Assembly: GCF_009914755.1 (NCBI RefSeq)
Contig: NC_060936.1
DNA length: 64,000 nt
Direction: 5' to 3' (one strand)
DNA from: the human T2T-CHM13v2.0 reference genome, Homo sapiens
In this document: positions 55,353 to 64,000 of the stretch, in pieces
Numbering within the stretch: the first letter of the stretch is position 1
How the letters are laid out: each line of letters starts with the position of its first letter
Position numbers and translations under genes: made by a program
Notes under the pieces: generated by a model
The model's database searches: none
Told to the model about the DNA's origin: nothing
The model's input: only the letters and a program-made list of their open reading frames with translations

Positions 55353-55789
55353 GATCAGTCATAAAAAGAGAAAGATAAATGCCTCCCACCAAAACAATTG
55401 GGGTGGCATCTCCAAAAGAAGAGGAAATGGATTCAGGGAAGTCACAAGGCACCCAATGGCAGTCACGCAAGAGTTCCAGAACAAGTACAATTTTGCCCAG
55501 GTTTTTGCCCCATCTCTGCCACTAAACAGCCCTATGACCTTGAGCAAGTCACTGACTCCACTCTGGAGATACTCAGGCCTCAGTTTCCCCTTCTCAAAAC
55601 TCTGTAGAAGATAATATCTGACATTTCCAGGGGCCTCAGACCCTGGGGATAAAAACAGGGACTCCTCTCCCAGTGGTTTTGGAGTTGTAACATAAAGCAA
55701 AGGCTAAGTGAATTGCTCTCCAGCATGAGACATCCACTAAGTGTCTGTCCCACTTCATCAGATGGGGGTTGAGAGTTCACATCACAGCT

Positions 55790-56199
55790 GAGCTCAGAAT
55801 TTGCCTGCAACAGGAAGGACCTTAGATGGGAGAGCTCGTGTGGGGTCTTAAAAAGCAGAGCTGAGGCTTCCCTAAAGAGAAAGAAGAAATTATGCCTGTG
55901 GACAGCAGCTTTGGCCATACCTGAGAGTCACAGCCTGCCAGTTACCGACTGAATTTTGCCCAGCCCCCACTGCCAAAAATTCATATGTTGAAGCCCCAAC
56001 CCTCAATATGACTGTAGTAGAAGATGGGGCCTTAAGGAGGTAATGAAGGTCAAGTGAGGTCATAAGAGGGTTCCCTAATCTTACAGAAAGAGGGAGAGAT
56101 GCCAGATCTCTCTCTCTCTCTTCTCTCTCTCTCTGTCTCTCTCTCCTTCCCACCCTCATGTGCCCACAGAGAAGAGACCATGTGAGGAGACAGCCAGAA

Positions 56200-56200
<1 letters not shown>
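55790..56200 (+). mobile_element. MLT2-like fragment (~55790-55945) followed by MLT1A-like LTR fragment
   Basis: gaagaaattatgcctgtggacagcagc; aattcatatgttgaagccccaaccctcaatatgactg. Confidence 0.7.
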
Positions 56201-57121
<921 letters not shown>

Positions 57122-57187
57122 TTAAGAAAAAGGGAGAGAATACAATGAGGCTGGTCAAGGAAGGCCTAGTAAGAGCTGGTAAGACCC

Positions 57188-57662
57188 TGCCTTAGTTTGG
57201 GCTCACCCTGAGGGCAGGATTTGGGAGGACTTGGAAGGTGATCTCGGGGAGGAAGAAGGATGAAAGGAGAAAAAGCCAAGTGATTGAGTTATTGAGCTGA
57301 TTACCACTGTGTGCAACCAGAGTGCAGGCCTCTGAGGACCCTCTGAGGAATTGTGTAGAATGTACCTCCAAACTGTCCCTCCAAAGGACAGGAGGCTGAG
57401 GCCTCTATCCACCAACTCCCCACCCACTCTACAGAGAGTGTTCCCAGAGTCATTATTTCTGGGCTGTGCCTGCATTCAGGCCGAGGGAGCCTCTCATCTT
57501 TAGAGATAGCCCTGCTGCAGAAAAACAGATTTGTGGTGGAGCTCAAGGTGGGATGCTGTCAGCATGCACTGAGCCTTCTGCCCTATGTCTGAAATTAGAG
57601 GTGGGCAGAGAGGATGCAAGACATAGCACAGGAATCCTCTGCTACAGCAACCTCGACATGTA
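57188..57662 (-). mobile_element. LTR16-like ERVL LTR
   Basis: tgccttagtttgggctc...gagctgattaccactgtgtgcaac...gtagaatgtacctccaaactgtcc. Confidence 0.75.
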
Positions 57663-57833
57663 GAACCCTGTCCTCCAATGAGCACATCTGGTGAGTCATT
57701 CTTAATCCATTTATTCAGATCATAGTGAACACCTTCCAGGGTGAAAATACAAGCAATTAATACTGGATCAATCCTGCCTCCATGAAGCTCTCTTGGTCCC
57801 AGGAAAATATCTACAGTTCAATAAATGAGAAGA

Positions 57834-57998
57834 TCCCAGTACTTTGAGAGGCCGAGGTGGGAGGATCACTTGAGCTCAGGAGTTCAAGACCAGACTGGGC
57901 AACATGATGATACTCCATCTCTACAAAAAAAAGAAAAAAAAGAAAAGGAAGGAAGGAAGAAAGGTAGGCAGGCAGGCAGGCAGGCAGGAAGGAAGGAA
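57834..57998 (+). mobile_element. FLAM/AluJ left monomer with (GGAA)/(GGCA)n tail
   Basis: cccagtactttgagaggccgaggtgggaggatcacttgagc. Confidence 0.85.
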
Positions 57999-58819
57999 TG
58001 TTAACTGTGATTAATGTTTAAAAAAAAAACAAAAGAGAGAAGATTCTCCTAATTCGTTATGTCATGAGGTTGTGTCATGAGGATGGCAAAGTCTTCCTGA
58101 GGGAAGTTATAGTTTTTAAGCCTCTGTTATTAAATGTGTAGAGAGGGCCAGATGCCCTGCTGATTGCTTTACATAAACTCTCTCCTTTTATCACTACCTC
58201 AGGCCTGCAAAGTAGATCTTACCACTTCCACTTTGCAGAGATGGAAACTGAGGTTTGGGGCAAGTGAATAATTTGCTCACACACTAGAGGGCTAGCTGGG
58301 CTTCCAAGACCAGGAAGGCAGTCTTTAGCCACAAGATTACAAATCCTCCTTTACTTGTCCTGACGTTGACATCTCCAAGGACATGCCACCCAAAAGCACT
58401 GCTCTGTCACACTCCAGCCACCATCTCCCTCTGTCCCTCCCTCTCTTAGGCCCATGGGAAAGGACAGAGATGACATGAATCATTCCATCCCCTAAAGGAG
58501 TCTTGGCAGCGTGGAATGGAAGACAAGCCACCATGAGCTGGGTAACACTGGACAATCACCATGTTGCTTGGTATAGGGACTAGCACATGGTACATAAATG
58601 AAAGCTATTATTGCTATTGCCACTACTATTATCAACACTGGAGGGACATCAGTAAAATATCAAAACTCTGCCAGGAACAATCTTCAACTTGCACACCAGG
58701 CTGTCTCCTCCACCCCAACACTCACAGTTTCAGGAACTGGAACCAAGTATGCCTAAACCAACATATTCACTAGGATTAACATGCATGACTTCTTTCTAAG
58801 TGGAATAATAATGAATTCT

Positions 58820-59121
58820 GGCCAGGCGAGTGGGCTTCTGCCTGTAATCCCAGTGACTCAGGAGGCTGAGGCAGGCAGATTGCTTGAGGCCAGGAGTTCA
58901 AGACCAGCCTAGGCAATATAGTGAGAACTCACCTCTTAAAAAAATAATAATAATAATTAGCCAGGTATGGTAGTGCGCACCTATAGTCTCAGCTATGCGA
59001 GAGGCTAAAGTGAGAGGATCACTTGAGAGCTCAGGAGGCTGAGGCTGCAGTGAGTTGGCACTGCACTCCAGCAGCATGGGCAACAAAGCAAGATCCCATC
59101 TCTAAAAAAAAAAAAAAAAAA
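58820..59121 (+). mobile_element. AluJ
   Basis: Diverged dimer; degenerate TSD aatgaattct / aaggagttct. Confidence 0.9.
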
Positions 59122-59250
59122 GGAGTTCTGAAGTTGAAGTCAGAAAAGAAAAGGTGAGGTGCTGATAATCAGTCTTTAGAGACATAAAAGCTACTCTTCC
59201 TTCTTTGTGGCCACCAAGGTCCAAAGTTGACAGTCACTTACAAAAGCAGC

Positions 59251-59565
59251 TATTTATTTTATTTTATTATTTTTAGAGAGAGAGGGTCTCCCTCTGTCAC
59301 TCAGGCTGGAGTGCAGTGGCTCAGTCATAGCTCACTGGAACTTGCAACTCTTGGACTCAAGCAATCCTCCTGCCTCAGCCTTCCAAATAGCTAGGACTAC
59401 AGGTGCATACCACCATGCCTGGCTAATTTAAAATTTTTTATAGAGATGAGGTTTCGCTATGTTGCCCAGGCTGGTCTTGAACTCCTGGCCTCAAGCTATC
59501 CTCTTGCCTCAGCCTCCCAAAGTGCTGAGATTATAGGTGTGGGCCATTAGCCACTGCACCTGGCC
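59251..59565 (-). mobile_element. AluJ
   Basis: Reverse dimer; tcatagctcactg J-type. Confidence 0.9.
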
Positions 59566-59818
59566 TAAAGTCAGATATTTAAATAAGATTTAAGATGATG
59601 CCTGTGGGAAAGCTATGTTTTAATTATTGTTGAAAGTGATGATACTGATGATGGTAGTGGTGGTGGCAGTGGTGGTGAGGATGTTGATGGTGATGTTTTC
59701 TAGCCTCTACTGAGCTTAGGTGTATTATAAAAATAGTAGAAGACTATAGGGGCAAATTTTCCAACAGAGAAGAAAGAGGAGAAAGACAAGAAGCAGCAGC
59801 ATTAATAATTATAAATCC

Positions 59819-60117
59819 GGCTGGGCATGGTGACTCACGCCTGTAATCCAAGGACTTTGAGAGGCCAAGGCTAGTGGATCACCTGAGGTCAGGAGTTTGA
59901 GACCAGCCTGACCAACATGGAGAAACCCTGTCTCTACTAAAAATACAAAATTAACTGGGCGTGGTGGCACATGCCTATAATCCCAGCTACTCAGGAGGCT
60001 GAGGCAGGAGAATTGCTTGAACACGGGAGGCGTGGGTTTCGGTGAGCCGAGATCGCACCATTGCACTCCAGGCTGGGCAAGAAGAGCAAAATTCCATCTC
60101 CAAAAAAAAAAAAAAAA
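59819..60117 (+). mobile_element. AluSp
   Basis: cctgaccaacatggagaaacc diagnostic; TSD aattataaatcc. Confidence 0.93.
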
Positions 60118-60180
60118 ATTATAAATCCTAGTTAATGTTTTCATGAGCTAACAGCTGTTGCGCATTTTCTCTATACCAGC

Positions 60181-60538
60181 TGATATGGTTTGGCTGTGTC
60201 CCCACCCCAATCTCATCTTGAATTGTAGCTCCCATAATCCCCACGTGTCCTGGGAGGGACCCAGTGGGAGATAATTGAATCATGGGGGTGGGTCTTTCCC
60301 ATGCTGTTCTCGTGATAGTGAATAAGTCTCACAAGATCTGATGGTTTTATAAAGGGCAGTTCCCCTACACAAGCTCCCTGTACTCCCACCATGTAAGACG
60401 GGCTTTTGCTCCACCTTTCACCATGATTGTGAGGCCTCCCCAGCCATGTGGAACTGTGAGTCCATCAAACCTCTTTTTCTTTATAAATTACCCAGTCTCA
60501 GGTATGTCTTTATTAGCAGCTGAGAACAGACTAATACA
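60181..60538 (+). mobile_element. THE1 (B/C-like) solo LTR inserted in a MIR
   Basis: tgatatggtttggctgtgtcccc...gaacagactaataca; TSD ccagc / ccagg. Confidence 0.95.
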
Positions 60539-60850
60539 CCAGGCTCTGTGCTAAGCACTTTATGCTCATTGTCTCACTGAATCCTCAGACAAACGAGGAA
60601 TCTCTGGGATAAATACTTGTAGTAACCCCATTTTACATATGATCAAATGGAAGGTCAAAGAGGTTAAGAGACTTGCCCAAGGTCACAAAGGCAGTAAATG
60701 ACAGAGTGAATTTTATAACCCAGTTCAATTAGAGAACAAAGGTGAGATAAATGAGTGCCTGATTCAATACGTGTGTTGTGTTTATTAAAAGGGAATAATA
60801 GCTCATCCCAGGACCATAGCCTAACCTCCCAAGAGGACCAAGAAAGTACA

Positions 60851-60901
60851 TGTACCCCAAAACTTAAAGTATAATAATAATAAAATTAAAAAAAAAAAGA
60901 A
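60851..60901 (+). mobile_element. Minimal L1PA 3' tip (~30 nt plus A tail)
   Basis: tgtaccccaaaacttaaagtataataa; TSD aagaaagtaca / aagaaagcaca. Confidence 0.85.
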
Positions 60902-61139
60902 AAGAAAGCACACAAGTAGCAATCTCAGAAAGTGAAGACAAAGAGAAGTATCCAGCCATCACCTTGTTTTTGAGTTGAATATGGAGCATTCCATGATGAG
61001 CAGTCGGCTGATCAGTACCAGTACCCAGCTCTGTCACTGATGGGGCCAATGTATCTCATTACAGGAGCTTCATCCCTTCCTCCTCAAGGTAGACAGGAGT
61101 GTCCCATTTTTCTCACAGACTCATTTCAATGAACAAACA

Positions 61140-62394
<1,255 letters not shown>

Positions 62395-62515
62395 TAAAGT
62401 CTTTCAAGCATTTGCTGAACATCTGCTGTGTTACATACTTTGCTGGAAACTTTCACAGATATTATCTCACCTACATGCACAACAGTTCTTTGAAGCATGT
62501 AGAATATCTTCTCTG

Positions 62516-62646
62516 TTTTTTTTTTTTTTTTTTGTAGAGACAGGGGTCTTGCTATATTGCCCAGGCTTATTCCTGGGCTTCAGCAATCCTCCGTCCTTGG
62601 CCTCCCGAAGTGTTGGAATTACAGGCATGAGCCACCAAACCCAGCC
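62516..62646 (-). mobile_element. FLAM_C-like Alu monomer inserted in a MIR
   Basis: gtagagacaggggtcttgctatattgcccagg...ggaattacaggcatgagccacc. Confidence 0.88.
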
Positions 62647-63059
62647 AATTATCTCCTTTTTATAGAGGAGGAAACTTAAGGCTTGGGCTAACTTAGGTTT
62701 CACGGTAAGCCCTGCCACACACCAGCTGTGTAATCTGGGGGGGGAATTTTCAACCTCTCTGAGCTCAAGAATACTAATGAGCTGACCCTCTTGAAAGTTC
62801 TTGTGTTTCTTCTGTCCTATAAGCTTGGGTCCTAAACTGTAGAGGACCAGGAAGCCAGGCGGATGCTGTAATATTCCTGAGTACAAAAAAACCTACCATC
62901 TCACACATCCAGAGTCTGTCCTCTGCAACTTTAGAAATTACCTGGAAAGGAGCCTATCACAATTAGTAGGTCCTGTATGAGTAAAGATATCGACTGCACG
63001 TAGTAGAACCTTCCTACCTGTTTACTGAATGAAGGCATGTGAACTAGGTGATTACTACC

Positions 63060-63450
63060 CACTTACAAACCTACATCTCATTCCTCCATCACAATTTCTG
63101 CCTCAGGACTTTGCACAAGCTGTTCCCTCTCTCTGCAATACTTTTCCTCCCAAACTTTTACCTGATTAATTCCTACTCATCATTAGGGCTGTGCTCAAGA
63201 GTCACCTCCCCCAGATGGGGTTAGGACCCCTTGCCTTATCCCTTTATGCCATTGGGCACTCTGTCTTTGTAGTAATTTCCACCACTGCAATCCACTGAGG
63301 ATGCACATAATTTCCTAAGGGCTATTTCTCTCTCTCACTAAATCATAAGTTCCAAAGGACACAGCCCCTCTCTTTTTGTTCACTGCTGTGTCGCCGGTAC
63401 TTACCACATGTCCAGTCTAAAGCAAGCACCCACCAAATACATTATAGGAC
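63060..63450 (+). mobile_element. L2 3' fragment
   Basis: tgcctcaggactttgcacaagctgttccctct...ttgttcactgctgtgtc. Confidence 0.75.
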
Positions 63451-64000
63451 TGTAACAATGTGCATTGTGTGCCTTGCCATGGTTTTATCAACACCATGAT
63501 GAAACTACATTAACTCTTGGACATTGCATCCTTAATCCTACTGATTCAGTGAAAAGATCCACTATAACAATCATTTAGAACCCAAAGAGGTTAACCTGTA
63601 TTGGTTATGAAATGACAGTGTCCCTTGTCTGATTTGTGAAACTTGCTGTGAACATATTTTTAATGATTTTCCAATGGTGGCAACTGTTTGAGTGGTGGGG
63701 TGGGGATGCAGATTCCTAATTTGGATGATGTTCCTCTGAAAGCATAAGACTGACTGTTGTATAGAGTTGATAAAATTAGTTTCAAAGGCAATGTCTTCAA
63801 AGACAACTTTTTTTTTTTTAAAACTGAACCCATCAGAATAAATATCTATTTGGAGCACAGTCAGAACCTGTTCAGTGAAACTTTACTAATGCAGTCCTTT
63901 GGGGGAACGGGAAAGCCATTGACCTAGTTTCTCCATTGCACTTGAAAGAAGCTGAATTGTCATTTCTTTATAATTAATTCACACTTCTCAGGGCTTCTTT

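Overview
Primate, most likely human, non-coding genomic DNA (intergenic or deep intronic). I cannot name the locus from sequence alone. I see no credible protein-coding exon, CpG island, tRNA or rRNA. The ORFs I can explain are by-products of Alu, L1, LTR or simple repeats, and the rest match no protein I recognise. The window is dominated by transposable-element relics: about 25 Alu/FLAM/FRAM copies, many MIR and L2 fragments, old L1M and younger L1PA 3' ends, MaLR LTRs (MLT1, MST, THE1), ERVL LTRs (about seven LTR16-like, MLT2A), an ERV1 MER31-like LTR, and MER5/MER20/MER91 DNA transposons. Subfamily names are from recalled consensus motifs, not a RepeatMasker run, and boundaries of old elements are approximate. 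I found no new gene system. The most notable signals are local copy-paste scars: an ~85-bp direct repeat with an abutting 15-bp inverted copy (9.3-10.0 kb), a 76-bp segment copied 5.15 kb into an MLT1 LTR, an AluY with a 44-bp target duplication and a borrowed AluJ head, a triplicated target site with a probable L1 3' transduction, a 4x40-bp minisatellite born from a MIR core, and a 189-bp tandem duplication. Also of note are an intact THE1 LTR with DUX4 motif, TATA box and splice donor, several motif-rich unique islands (candidate enhancers), and a few candidate non-coding exons.
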